64,000 bases of DNA from Carcharhinus longimanus (taxonomy: Eukaryota): assembly GCA_030264375.1 (NCBI GenBank), contig JASCQW010000137.1:27186299-27250298 (forward strand), in the 5' to 3' direction. Shown in pieces: positions 26,093-38,808 of this stretch; position 1 is the stretch's first letter, and each line of letters starts with the position of its first letter. The position numbers and the translations under genes were made by a program. A model generated the notes under the pieces. It saw nothing but the letters and a program-made list of their open reading frames with translations. It did no database searches and had not been told where the DNA came from.

Positions 26093-26825
26093 CAATTTCT
26101 CTGTGCTTTTAAAAATACCTTCTGATACAACCCTTATAATCATCTGCAAATTTAACAGCTCATCTAGCTTTTATCCTGCCCCTTTCAAAAACAATTACTT
26201 GTTGCCCTATGAGTTCTTCGACTCTCTCGATTTATTTTCTTCAGCTTCTTGTACACTGCCTTTCTCATTTCTAGATCTCGCACCACTTTCATTTGACTTC
26301 ATTTCTCAAACTCCTGAATTGCTTCCTCAGCTCCCTTTTCGCTGACATTATCATTTCCATCCCCTCAGCCAAATTGTCCCCTCCTCCCCGCTTTAACTAA
26401 TCCTGGTGGCAATCGCCTTTATTCCTCAGAATTTATCCTGTTGTCCATCTTCTGTCTTTTTTTCTGCATGCTGTATGCTTTTCCACTCTGGCATATCCTC
26501 AGTGTTCTTTCCATTTCCCCAGATAACTCTCCATTTGGTCCCAATGAGTAACAACCTGGAATTTTTAAAAAAATAGCCTTTAAACTTTCTATATCTGTTA
26601 AAGTGGGTTGCAATAACCCACTTTAACCCACTGGTTCTTGAGCAAAAGTTAACTTGCGGTACCAGTGCCACAAACATTTGTTGGGAATCACTCTCAGGAA
26701 ACCAGATTAACTATATTCGCCTTCAAGCATTTAGAAGTACGTTTGCCCACCTTGACTATAACTAGTGCACAATGTTATTTATTCTTCAAGCGCGGGGTCC
26801 TGTCACGTGTCTCTGCCAATAGTTA

Positions 26826-27142
26826 AGAATCAAAGATCCCTATGGAGTGGAAGGAGGCCATTTGGCTCATTGAGTCTGCACCCGACCACAATCCAACCCA
26901 AACCCTATTTCCGTAACCTCATATATTTACCCTGCTAATCTCCCTGACACTTGGGTTAATTTAGCATGGCTAATTAATCTAATCCATACATCTTTGGAGT
27001 GTGGGAGGAAACCAGGGCATCCGGAGGAAACCCGCCCAGACCACAGGGGGAATGTGAAAACTCCACATCGACAGTGACCTGAGGCTGGAATTGAACCTGG
27101 ATCCCTGGCACTGTGAGGCAGTCCTTGCCACTGTGCCACCCA
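26826..27142 (-). mobile_element. HE1-like V-SINE, full length, CR1-type tail
   Basis: Same organisation as 25768-26092. Confidence 0.88.
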
Positions 27143-27544
27143 CAGATTTTCTCATAGTTTGTTAACAACTTGGAATAACCGTGTAGAGAAACAGTTAAAA
27201 CCTCCTGTCAGTGACACAGTTAGGACCAGAAACACCATACAGAAAATTGCAAGTTGGGCTTGTAACTTACCACTTGTTCACACAAGGTTGGTCCAACAAG
27301 TTTCTTACAGTGACCAGTAGGTAATTGAATATCCGATGTTGGCGACTGATCTCGCAGAGAACCAGGAAAAACAATTTTACCTTATCCACTTCAAATCTTC
27401 ATACAAAGGGTCGCCTTTCCCTGTCTGTCTAACTCCAGCTGATTCTTAACTTATCCACTTCAGAGTTTGAGAAAGTTTTGAAGAATCTCCAAAAATTTTG
27501 CTCTACCACTGGAGTGCTGTATANNNNNNNNNNNNNNAATTTGT

Positions 27545-28412
27545 TCAGGAGAATCACATAATGATGTGGCACAGATAGAGACCATTCGACCCATTGTGCC
27601 TGTGCTGTCTTTTTAGTAGGGCTTTCCAATTCATCTGTTTCCCCTCTTCTTTTCCAATCACACTGCATTTATTCCCTTCAAATGTTTATCTAATTTTCTT
27701 TGAAATGGTTCTGTTGGAATCTACTTTCGCCACACATGTCACTCCAAATCAACACACTAAATAAAAAGATGCTCATCACTTTTGATTTTTGGCCGATCAC
27801 CTTAAGTCTCAGCTCTGCTGGTTACTGATTGTTCTGCCATTGGGAATAGTTTCTCTCCATTTATTCCATCAGAACCATTAATGATTTTGAATCTATAAAA
27901 TCTCCTCTTAGCCTTTCCTACCCCAGCTGGCAGCATGGTGGCACAGTGGTTAGCAACTTTCAGTGCCAGAAACCTGGGTTCAATTCCTGGCTTGAATCAC
28001 AGTCTGCGTGGAGTTTGCACGTTCTCCCCAAGTCAGCGTGGGTTTTCTCTGGGTGCTGCGGTTTCCTCCTACAGTCTGAAAGATGTGCTGTTTAGGTGCA
28101 TTGACTCGAACAGGTGCTGGAGTGTGGTGACTAGGGGAATTTCACAGTAACTTCATTGTAAACTTTACTTGTGACTAAGAAATAATCTTTAACTTGAACT
28201 TTTCTCCAGTCTCTCCACATTTAATAACTGGTGCCAATTTAATAAATCTCTTCTGCATCTTTCCCAAGGCCCTGACATCTTTCCTAATGCTTCGGTGCCC
28301 AGAATTGAACAGAACACTCCAGTAAGGGGTTTACTGTCATTTTTTTGCTTTTGTACTCAGCCAAGGACCATTTACACTTCTTTTGACAGCCTTTAAACTT
28401 GTCCTGCCACCT
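27545..28412 (-). mobile_element. Old CR1 3' fragment, interrupted by a V-SINE (27930-28195, + strand)
   Basis: cccagaattgaacagaacactccag and aaatctcctcttagcctt motifs with a CR1 tail near 27570-27605. SINE head, V-domain and second tail lie inside. Confidence 0.7.
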
Positions 28413-28414
28413 TA

Positions 28415-28950
28415 AGGAAATTTGGCATGTCAACTACAACTCTCACTGACATTTACAGATGCACCATAGAAAGCGTTCTTTTTGGTTGTATCACAGCTTG
28501 GTATGGCTCCTGTGCTGTCTAAGACTGCAAGAAACTACAAAAGGTTGTGAATGTAGCCCAATCCATTATGCAAACCAGCTTCCCATCCAGCGACTCTGTG
28601 TACATTTCCCGCTGCCTCAGAAAAGCAGCCAGCATAATTAAGGACCCCACATACTCCGGACATTCTCTCTTCCACCTTCTTCCGTCGAGAAAAAGATACA
28701 CAAGTCTGAGGTCATGTACCAACCGACTCAAGAACAGCTTCTTCCCTGCTGCCATCAGACTTTTGAATGGACCTACCTTGTATTAAGCTGATCTACACCC
28801 TAGCTATGACTGTAGCACTACATTCTGCACCCTCTCCTTTCCTTCTCCCTGATGTACTCTATGAATGGTATGCTTTGTCTGTATAGCACGTGAGAAACAA
28901 GACGTTTCACTGTGTCCCATTATGTGTGACAGTAATAAATCAAATTAAAC
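28415..28950 (+). mobile_element. Rex1/Babar-type LINE 3' fragment
   Basis: AQSIMQTSFPSSDSVYISRCLRKAASIIKDPTYSGHSLFHLLPSRKRYTSLRSCTNRLKNSFFPAAIRLLN, then a 3' UTR ending aataaatcaaat. Confidence 0.85.
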
Positions 28951-29299
28951 TTAACTAATTCACTAAGTACTACCCCACCTTGCCTGTAGTCCCACCCCAC
29001 AACTTGCAAGCCCCATATTAAACCATTGATTTCAATGAAGACTGAAATCCTACATGGTATAAATTGAAGTTAAATTCTAGCCTTTAACTCACAGAAAAAA
29101 ACCCACTATAAATGTCATTGCAGATAAGTTAACCCCTAGGAATAAAAATGGCCTTGAAAGTGACACCTACATCCTAATGTAATAAGACACATTACAATTT
29201 GCACATCTGAAATGAAAGCAAAGGTTATTTCACCACGTTCTATCGCAATGGGGATCTGGAAAAATTTGATTCAGTGATTTAGATAACATCCTTTCACTT

Positions 29300-30272
29300 C
29301 TCTCGTTTCACAGGGTGTGGGCGTCGCTGGCAAGGCCAACATTTAATACTCACCTCTATCTGTCCTTGAGGGAGTAACGGTGAAGTCACATTCCTGAACC
29401 TTCAGCCTGACAATTTGTGCGGTCTAGGTATTCTCATGGAGCTATCAGATAAGGAATTCCAGGATTTTGACCCAGAGCCGGCACAGGACTGGCTAAGCCG
29501 TCCCAAAATCAGATGCTGTGTGGGTTTGGAAGGGAACTGTCAGGAGATCGTGTTCCCGTATATCTGCTACCCTTCTTTTTCTAAATGACAGAAGTTGTAA
29601 TCTTTGAGGAATATGGTGGATGTGGCACAGTGGTTGGCACTGCTGTTTCACAGCGCCAGGGACCCAGGTTCAATTCCAGCCTCGGGTAGCTGTCTGTGTG
29701 GACACAGTAAAAACTCTCATAATGCCAGGTTAAAGTCCAAAAGATGTATTTGGTGTCACAAGGTTTCAGAGTGCTGCCCAGGGCTGCTGGGGTGGGGTCC
29801 AGGGGAGGGTGGCAGGGGTGAATCTGTCCTGGGCATGTTTGGGGGGGCCAGGGATAGGGTTGTCAGAGAGTGGAAGAACTGGCGATGTGGGGTTGCAGGG
29901 CTCACCAGCGATTAGGAGGCCACTGTGTATGTGCCAATCTCGGTGCTGACAGATCAGTGCATGCGCAATGCCCCACTCAGCGCTCTGCTGCCAACCTTTT
30001 GGGCAGGAATAGGCCCCATCCACTGAGTTTCAACGGGATTTACACAGGATTTACACAGAGACTGGTGGGACTGTGGAATGAGCTGCCAGATAAAGTGGTA
30101 AATGTGGGGTCATTTTTAACATTTAAGGAAAACTTGGACGGGTACATGGATGAGAGGAGTGTGGAGGGATACGGTCCAAGTGCAGGTCAGTGGGACTAGG
30201 CAAAAAATGGTTCGGCACAGACAAGAAGGGCCAAAAGGCCCGTTTCTGAGCTGTAATTTTCTATGGTTCTAT
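29300..30272. mobile_element. Cluster of nested fragments: LINE 3' end (-), V-SINE head, Penelope terminus, G-rich MITE-like piece, CR1 3' end (+)
   Basis: 29614-29702 is a SINE head. 29703-29780 matches 31350-31425. 30050-30272 reads FTQRLVGLWNELP...FKENLDGYM plus a CR1 tail. Confidence 0.7.
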
Positions 30273-30399
30273 CTTCTGGGTGAAAAAAATTACTCTACAC
30301 CTCCCAGCTCACCCTGTCATTAATTATGTTGCATTGAATAATTTAGTTTTCTATGACTCTGTTGGTAAGAACTTCTATGTTGGGAGGTTAAGAGGTCAA

Positions 30400-30560
30400 A
30401 TCGCATTACCAGGACTTGTGCACAATAATCTAGGTTAACAGTCCCGCAGAGTACTGAGAGAGTGCTGTAATGTTAGAGGTGTTGCCCTTTGTTTGAGATT
30501 TTAAACTGAGATCCCCTCTGTCTGTCAGGTGGATACAGATGATCCCTTAAAGCAACATTT
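30400..30560 (+). mobile_element. Deu-domain SINE fragment (SacSINE1/AmnSINE1-like)
   Basis: gtactgagagagtgctgtaatgttagaggtg...gagattttaaactgagatccc...tcaggtggatacagatgatccc resembles the DeuSINE central domain. An inverted copy lies at ~37898-38055. Confidence 0.6.
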
Positions 30561-31316
30561 GTTCGGCTGCACCGATGAACATATTCCTCATACGCCCAGT
30601 GAAGTAGAGGATGTTTTTCGCAGACAACTTCAATGGATTGAGAAACAGAGTGAATCGAGTTGTGCACAGTGCATTTCCAATGGAAGACTAGAAATGTTTT
30701 TTACAGTCAGTTTGACTGGAAATTCCACCATTTCCGATATTTTTTACTTCAGATATTAAGCATCTACAGCATGTTGTTTTTCTTTAACTGGTGAGTTTTC
30801 AGAATGTGGAACTTATTGCAAAAAAATGTTTTGAGATCCTCTCTTATCTGAAAATTGATGGGGAAAATTAAAGTGTGAATAAGATCATTATCAGCTGACA
30901 GTGGAAAGGGATTCACTTGGTCATCCCATTTACTGATACAATAGCAGAGTCACATTGGAGAGAGACCACTGTTATTGTGAAAGGATTCACAGCCCGCCCA
31001 GGTGTAACCCAGGATTTTCTCAATTTCCCTAACTATTAGCATCCAACTACAAATGTTCCAAGGATTTCATCCACAATTCATGCATCATTACTGACAAGAC
31101 GCAGTTAAATGTGTCAGGGAAGGAGTCACTTGTTCCCTTCATCTGTTGAGACTGCAGTGAGTTCATATCTACCTTAATGGATTTGTATATTATTAATTAC
31201 ACCCAGGATGGAGATATGGGTGGAGGGTCCTGTGCTCTTTGGCTGCAATATCAATTGATCTAACAATGTTATTTTCTGTTTTTTGATGTTTCAATCAGAA
31301 TGGATTCAGTAAACAG

Positions 31317-32654
31317 GATGTGGAGATGCTGGAGTTGGACTGGGGTAAGCACAATAAGAAGTCTTACAACACCAGGTTAAAGTCCAACAGGTTTATTTGG
31401 CAGCACGAGCTTTTGGAGTCTCAGGCTCCTTCTTCAGGTGAGTGAGGAGTTGTGTTCACAAACAGGCACATACAGACACAACTTCAATTTACAAGATAAT
31501 GCTTGGAATGCGAGTCTTTAAAGTAATCAAGTCTTAAAGGTACAGACAATGCAAGTGGAGAGAGGTCCGAGCACAGGTTAAAGAGATGTGTATTGTTTCC
31601 AGCCAAGACAGTTAGTGAGATTTTGCAAGCCCAGCCAAGACGTGGGGGTTACAGGTAGTTTGACATGAACCCAAGATCCCGGTTGAGGCCGTCCTCACGT
31701 GTGTGAAACTTGGTTATCAGTTTCTGCTCAGTGACTCTGCGTTGTGTGACGTGAAGGCCGCCTTGGAGAAAGCTTACCCGAAGATCAGACGCTAAATGCC
31801 TGTGACTGCTGAAGTATTACCCAACTGGAAGAGAACACTCCTGCCAGGTGATTGTCAAACGGTGTTCATTCATCCGTTGTAGTAGCATCTCCATGGTCTC
31901 CCCAATGCACCATGCCTCAGGATATCCCTTTCTGCAGTGTATCAGGTAGACAACATTGGCCGAGTCGCAAGGGTACGTATTGGATGGTGTTCTCACGTGA
32001 GATAATGGCATCTGTATTGATGATCCGGCATGTCTTGCAGAGGTTGCTGTGGCAGGGTTGTGGTGGTGGCTTGGTCATTGTTCTTCTAAAGTTTGGGTAG
32101 TTTTGCGGCAGACAATGGTCTATTTGAGGTTGTGTGATTGTTTGAAGTATGGGGATGGCTTTGGTGAGATGTTCACCTTCATTGCTGACACGTTGAAGGC
32201 TCCAGAGATGTCGTAGCTCCTCCACTCTGGGGAAGAATTGGGTGACGGAGGGTACTCAGGCTGCCGTGTCCCGTGTTTGTCTTCTGAGGAGGTTGGTGTG
32301 GTTTTTCACTTTGGCACTTCAGAATTGTCGATCGATGAGTTGAGCGCCGTATCCTGTTTTTATGAGGGCATCTTTCAGTTTCTGTAGGTGTCTATTGTGA
32401 TCCTCCTCCTCTAAGCAGATTCTGGGTATACAGAGGGCTTGTCCGTAGGGGATGGCTTCTTTAATGTGTTTAGGCTGGAAGCTAGAGAAGTGGAACATCG
32501 TGAGCTAATCCATGGGCTTGTGGTGCTGAGGTGACCGTCCTTAATGGAGATGCGTGTGTCCAAGAATGCAACCAATGCCAGAGAGTAGTCCATGGTGAGT
32601 CTGATGGTGGGATGGAACTTGTTGATGTCATCATATAGTTGTTTCAGTGATTGT
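31317..32654 (-). mobile_element. Penelope-like retroelement (RT end, GIY-YIG endonuclease, terminal repeat), frameshifted
   Basis: VAFLDTRISIKDGHLST (RT C-terminal part), PCHSNLCKTCRII, and CDSANVVYLIHCRKGYPEAWCIGETM..RMNEHR (GIY-YIG). The terminal repeat contains a hammerhead-like motif. Ends at an N gap. Confidence 0.9.
31404..31440 (-). ncRNA. Degenerate minimal type I hammerhead ribozyme in the Penelope terminus
   Basis: CAC-CUGAAGA-A-GGAG-ccugaga-CUCC-AAAA-GCUC-GUG. Stems I and II and the CUGANGA core are intact, but GAAA reads AAAA. Confidence 0.6.
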
Positions 32655-33112
32655 NNNNNNNNNNNNNNNNNNNNNNNNNNNNNNNNNNNNNNNNNNNNNN
32701 NNNNNNNNNNNNNNNNNNNNNNNNNNNNNNNNNNNNNNNNNNNNNNNNNNNNNNTTTACATAAATCCACAGGTCTCACAGTTCTTACACTTTTTCTTATG
32801 ATTTTACTATCTGGTTCATATTATCTCTCTTCATTCTTCCTACCAAAATGCATTACTTCTCACTTCTCTGCATTAAATTTACTCTGCCTTGTGTTGGCTC
32901 CTTGTACCAGTCTGACTATGTCCTCCTGAACTCTGTTACTATCTTCTTCATTCTTTGATACATTTGAGTTTTGTATAATTTCAATTTTTAAAAATTATGC
33001 CCTGTATACTCCAGTATAGTTAAAAAGTTCAGTGGTCCCAACACCAGCCTCTAAGAAAGACCACTCTACACCTTACTCACTGCAGTCTGAAAAAAAAATT
33101 CATCATTACCCT

Positions 33113-33247
33113 AAAAACAAAATGTTGCGGATGCTGGAATCTAAAACATAAATAGAAAATGCTGGAAAATCTCAACAGGTCTGACAGCATCTGTGGAGAG
33201 AGAATACAGTTAATGTTTCGAGTCAGGCTGACCCTTTGTCAGAACTG
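33113..33247 (-). mobile_element. Solo Penelope-type terminal repeat with a degenerate hammerhead (33207-33247)
   Basis: Minus strand reads CAGUU-CUGACAA-A-GGGUCA-gcc-UGACUC-GAAA-CAUU-AACUG followed by ctctctccacagatgctg. Confidence 0.7.
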
Positions 33248-33914
33248 CTCTTTCTGCAATTCCCATTCTGACTTCCCTTAGGAGTCTGGAAAGCATCCCA
33301 TTTGGATGAAATGACTTTTCTACTTTGAGGACAGCCAACCCTTTAAGTGCATCCTCTATTTGTATCCTATCCAATGTTGCTACTGCCTCCAATTTAACTA
33401 CATTAGTAGCATCTTCTTCACCAGTGAAGACAGATAAAAAGTATTCATTTCGTACCTCAGCCATGCCTTCAGCCTCCATTAGATTTCCATTTAAATTTCT
33501 AAGTGGCCCTTCTTTCCTTTGATTACCCTTATAATATTTATGTATTCACAAAATACTTGTGGGTTCCCTTTTGTGTTAGCTGCGAATCTGTTTTTGTACT
33601 CTCCTGCCTCTTTTATTTCCTTTTTATTATATATTCAGCTTGGTTCTCTACTTGTCATGAATGATTGTTATCAACCTTTCTATCTCATTTAATACTCTAT
33701 ATCTTTAGACATCCAAGGCGCTCTTGCTTTGGATGCCCTTCCTTTCCCCCTTAGTAACATTCTTTGTCAGTACTCAAATCAAATCTCTAAGATATCTTAT
33801 TATTCAATATTGCCCACCAATGTTTGATTCCTCTTCACTTCAGCCAGATCCCTTGTCGACTCTTTGAAGTTAGTCCTCCTCTAGTTAGGTATTTTTACAT
33901 TTGTTTACTTTTGA

Positions 33915-34470
33915 TGTCCTCCCTTCTGAGAGAAATGATGGAAATGCAGTCTCAGAATCTTGATGAGGTCAGAGGAACCTATCTGCTGCACTTCCTTTGA
34001 TGGCTGAACAAGCTGATTGTAGAAATGCAAAGTCTGTTTCAAGTGCCACGTGAATTTGTCCCATTGCCGCCAGTGCAGGATGATCTCTGCTTACGCCTTG
34101 GTTCCAGGGCTAGCGACTCCGTTGAAGCTTCTGAAACCTCATATTGTCATGTTCGCCAATTCCTGCCCAGAGCAGGTGTCGCCATTTGCATGATCATCAG
34201 CTGGAGTCTTCCATTTGTCATGACTGACACTGAGGACTGTTTTGTCTCCGCTGACAACATCCTTGGATCATAGCTTTGGGCACCCTGCCTGCCTCATGGC
34301 ACAGGCTACCTCCCTTCAAAGCATATCCTTGGGGTTGTGGGCATCCTCTATCTCATGCCCATGTTAGCAGCCTTTTTTTGCTTGACTAGCGCTAGCATGT
34401 TTGACATGAAAGGACCACTTCATTGGTGATGTTGTCTTTCCATGTGATTGCGATGCCAAGGATGTGTCAT
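33915..34470 (-). mobile_element. RTE (BovB-like) LINE 3' fragment inserted in the CR1
   Basis: My translation of the minus strand gives HGHEIEDAHNPKDML*REVACAMRQAGCPKL*SKDVVSGDK...KWKTPADD and GT*NRLCISTISLFSHQRKC, resembling the RTE C-terminus and its zinc-finger-like end. Confidence 0.65.
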
Positions 34471-35659
34471 TGACACAGAGGACATTTATCCTTTTCTATA
34501 ACTATGTGAAACTTGATGATGTAATGATGACTGTTCCCCAAATGCTGTCTCTTTGAGATATTCTCCATTTGCCTCACTTTCTTCCCGAAAACAAGATCCA
34601 GTACTGCTTTTCTCCTCACTGGTTTGGAAACACACAGATCAAGAAAATTGTCTTGTGTGCATTTCAGGAATTCCTCGCCGTCTTTGCCCTTTACACTGTT
34701 ACTATCCCAGTCTAGTCTAATGAAGTCCCCCATTGAAGAAAACGCTGTCAAACAAAGGCAATTTCAATCACCCTCAGTTATCTTCTAGTCTTTCCACTGA
34801 AGTGACCTTAAGCTTTGTTTTATTGTCTCTGTTTGAATGCCTTTAGCTGCCCACGGAAGGGTTTTAGCTACAGGCTAGTATAAACTAAGCACTGCATTAC
34901 AAAGGCGAGCTCTGAGAACTGAGCGCAGCATTATACACGAGCTTTATGCAGAAAAACAGTGCATTACAAAAGAACGTTTTACTTAAACCCTGCTTATACC
35001 TTTATTCCCTTTGAATCACCTTCAGCTTGGGTCAGGACCCCTAAATTTTATACAGATTGCTGCCTCAGGAGGTATTAAATTATCTGTTCAATATAACCAC
35101 AGATCTTCAATTACATTTGAAATTAGCAGGATTTTTTTGTTTAATCAGCTTTGCTGTATTCAGTAAATCCAAGTGTAGTGGCACAAAAGTAGTCTGAAAT
35201 CTGATCACATTAAAATAGAACTACTTTGATTATAGCTGCCCAATTGTTGTGATTATCTGGCACTCTCACAACAAATGCGAAGTTACATCAAAAGTGAAAA
35301 TGGCTTAATAATCTCTAAGTTAATTTATTTTGCCAGTAGAAATAAACACAGCAGATCAGTAAGCATCTGATAGTCCATAACGGTTTAAGGTTTCAATTGT
35401 GACCCTTCGTTAGAAATGTTTAAACTCTCCCATTGCTTAATGCATGGATGAACCAAACAGTGTATTGCTCAGCCAGAGGCAATGGTTAATCTTTAGATAG
35501 CTCTTGGATTGTCTTCAGTCAGGAGGATGGAAATTTGACCAAATTTCCTTGCCCTGATTACAGACTAATGATTACAGACTTGGAAAGCGTAAGTGCGTTT
35601 TTAGACAATGGGTAACAATAAGATCAGGCTTGGTCATTGCAGCCCTGATGGTTGAACTG

Positions 35660-37400
35660 ACTGCCAAACTTGCTGTAAAAGAATAGACTGTGTGGCCCCT
35701 CAGGTCTCCTTTGCCATTCAGTAAGATCCTGGCTGGTTTTCTATACCTCAAACCCACCTTCCTACTGCTGCCCGTATCTCTCTTTTCCCTGAGAGATCAA
35801 CAATCTATCATCTCAATCTTGAATATACTCAACAATGAAGAATCCCCAGCTCACTGTGGTACACAATTCTAAGGATCAACAACTCTCCAATTGAAGAAGT
35901 TTCTTGTCATTTTAGTCCTAAGTGGTCAACTCCTCCTTCTGAGGCTGTGCCATGACCTTCTAGTTTCCCTAACCCATGGAAACCTATGGTTGTCAAATAG
36001 GAGGCAGAGAGTGGGGGTCAACGGGTGCTATTCGGATTGGCGGATGGTGACGAGTGGAGTGCCCCAGNNNNNNNNNNNNNNNNNNNNNNNNNNNNNNNNN
36101 NNNNNNNNNNNNNNNNNNNNNNNNNNNNNNNNNNNNNNNNNNNNNNNNNNNNNNNNNNNNNNNNNNNTTTTGATAAGAGAGGGGATTAAGGGTTATGGGG
36201 AGAGGGCCGGAAAGTGGAACTGAGCCACGACAGATCAGCCATGAATGGCGGGGCAGGCTCGAAGGGCCTGATGGCCTACTCCTGCTCCTATTTCTTATGT
36301 TTCTTATGTTTCTTATGAAACAGCCACTTGATATCTCTCCTTCAAATTCTTGACTGTTTCAATGAGACCACCTCACATTCTTCTAAACTGCTGAGAGTAA
36401 AAACCTAATTCATTCAGACCCTTAGCTGAGGACTACTCATCCCGGGAACCAACATCATGAACACGTGCTGTATGGCCTGTGAGGCAAGCATACCCTTCCT
36501 CAGATATGGACAGTACTTCAGGTGTGGCCTCACCAAGCCCAATACAATGGAACATGACTTCCTTATTATTGTACTCTATTCCCCTTCCAATGAAGGCCAA
36601 TTTGCAATTTGCCTTCCTAATTGCTTTCTGCACCTGCTTGCTAACTGTGTTCCTTGTACGAGAGCACCCAATGTCAATATCACCGTTTAAAAAATATTCT
36701 GTGTTTCTAGTTGAAATATCAAAGTGAATAATCTCAAACTTCCCCACATTATACTACCATCAGCCACTTTGTTGCCTACTCACTTAACCTGCCCATATCT
36801 CTTATAGCTTCTTTATGTCTTCCTTACAGCTTGCATTTCTACTTAACTTTGTATCATCAGCAATCGTAAATACATTCCTCTCTGTCTTTTCATTTGTCAT
36901 TAATATGGATGGTAAATAGCTGAGCCTCCAACACTGATCCTTGTAGCATAGCATGGCAACTTGAAAATGCTCATTTATTTCTACTCTCTATCCCTGTTTA
37001 TTGACCAATCCTGCAACCAGTTCCATGAAGCGTAGTATGTTATATATTTGTATGTGGCACCTTATCAAATGCCTTTTGGAAATCCAAGTATATTACATCT
37101 ACCAGTTCCCCTTTATCTACCAACTAATTACATCCTTACAAAAGCTCCAATAAATTTGTCAAACATGATTTCCCTTTTATAAAACCATTTGAATTCTGTT
37201 GGATCACACTATGATTTTCCAAGCGCATTGTTAAGGCTTCCTTAATATTATATTGACTCTAATAATAGCATTATTCTGAAGGCCAACTGATCGATAATTC
37301 TCCATTTTCTCTCGTCCTCCTTTTTTGAATAGCTTTTAATCGCCAAGACCATTGTAGAATCTAGGGAATTTTGGAAAAAGTGATAATGACCAGATAATCT
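35660..37400 (-). mobile_element. Old CR1 LINE (RT to 3' tail) with a younger + strand CR1 inserted at ~35984-36317
   Basis: QVQKAIRKANCKLAFIGRGIEYNNKEVM and accttatcaaatgccttttggaaatccaag (LDFQKAFDKV). The insert reads WLSNRRQRVGVNGCYSDWRMVTSGVPQ, then a gap, then the tail. Confidence 0.85.
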
Positions 37401-37419
37401 GTTTTATTATGATGTTGAT

Positions 37420-37892
37420 TGTTTAAAACAGAGAGGAGGAGGAATTTCTTCAGCCAGAGAGTGGTAAATCTATGGAACACTTTATCACAGAAGACTGTGG
37501 AGGCCAGGTCATTGAGTGTCTTTAAGACAGAGATAGATAGGTTCTTGATTAATAAGAGGGTCAAGGGTTATGGGGAAAAGACAGGAGAGTGGGGATGAGA
37601 ACAAGATCAGCCATGATTGAATGGTGGAGCAGACTTGATGGGCCGGGTGGCCTAATTCTGCTCCTATNNNNNNNNNNNNNNNNNNNNNNNNNNNNNNNNN
37701 NNNNNNNNNNNNNNNNNNNNNNNNNNNNNNNNNNNNNNNNNNNNNNNNNNNNNNNNNNNNNNNNNNNAATCAGGGGTTATGGGGAAAAGGCAGGAGAGTG
37801 GGGATGAGAAAAATATCAGCCATGATTGAATGGTGGAGCAGACTTGATGGGCCGGGTGGCCTAATTCTGCTCCTATGTCTTATGGTCTTATG
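37420..37892 (+). mobile_element. CR1 3' end, partly duplicated across an N gap
   Basis: aggaggaatttcttcagccagagagtggtaaatctatggaa...cctaattctgctcctatgtcttatggtcttatg. Confidence 0.85.
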
Positions 37893-38716
37893 GGTAGCTA
37901 TTGGCTAGAACACCAGGGATAAGTCTCCTGCTCATCCTCAAAGCAGTGCCATGGAAGGTTTTATTTAACCCAAAAGGGTAGATGGGACTTTAATCTGCCA
38001 GCATCTCTGACAGTGTAGCACTCCCTCATTTCTGCATTGGACTGCCAACCTTGTTTACTGAGCATAGTGGTGTTTTCATTTATGTCAACGTGCATACTTA
38101 TAGAGGGGGTATTGGATAATGAGTAGGAGCAAGAACGTAGCTCCATCTTAGCCCAGAGATGTCGCGGCCAATTGTGGGACCCCTAACAATGCCTAGCATA
38201 CCACAAATAATGCAACATAGATTGAAGATGAAATTTGGAAGCTTCTTAGTGTAATTCAGCTACACATTAAATAACATTAGTGAGATATTGTGGAAGTTTA
38301 AGCTGAGAAAGGGTTACGGTTTCCAAAACACAGTGTTAGGGAAACAGTGAAAATCAATTAGCTGAAAACTTGGAAAGTTCAGCTATCCTTCAGGATGGCA
38401 ACGGAAGAGAGATTGGGAAAGAGTCGCTCTTTTCAGCTGCTCAGCAGGTTCTTTCCAAATTATTTGCCAGGAATTTTGCCTGAATTTTATTATTTAATGA
38501 ATTGTGCCATCTTTAAAAAATGCAGGAGGCAAACTGCCAATGTGAGAAAAATTAAAAATAAACAGCAAATGTTGAAAACATGCAGCAAGTCAAGTAGTAT
38601 CTGTGGAGAGAATAGACTAATTAATATTGGGTGGGAATCAAGTTCAAAGCTGAAAAATTATGCGGAGAAACATATAAATACAATCATCTATCTATATCAT
38701 TTTTAAAAAATCACAG

Positions 38717-38808
38717 GTAGATAGATGCATACATAAATAGATACATACATAGATAAATACATAGATAGATAGATATACATACATATATACATACATAAAT
38801 ACATATTT
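38717..38808. repeat. Compound (TAGA/TACA/TAAA)n tetranucleotide microsatellite
   Basis: tagatagatgcatacataaatagatacatacatagataaatacatagatagatagatatacatacatatatacatacataaatacata. Confidence 0.85.

Larger units (their letters stand above)
32755..34735 (-). mobile_element. Old CR1 LINE (endonuclease to RT) carrying two insertions
   Basis: GDFIRLDWDSNSVKGKDGEEFLKCTQDNFL...AVLDLVF (APE domain) and MAEVRNEYFLSVFTGE...LKVEKSFHPNGMLSRLLREV. Confidence 0.8.

Noticed and set aside
37555-37892. Tandem duplicate of a CR1 3' end
   Set aside because: Near-identical copies on either side of a 100-N gap, most likely an assembly artefact.
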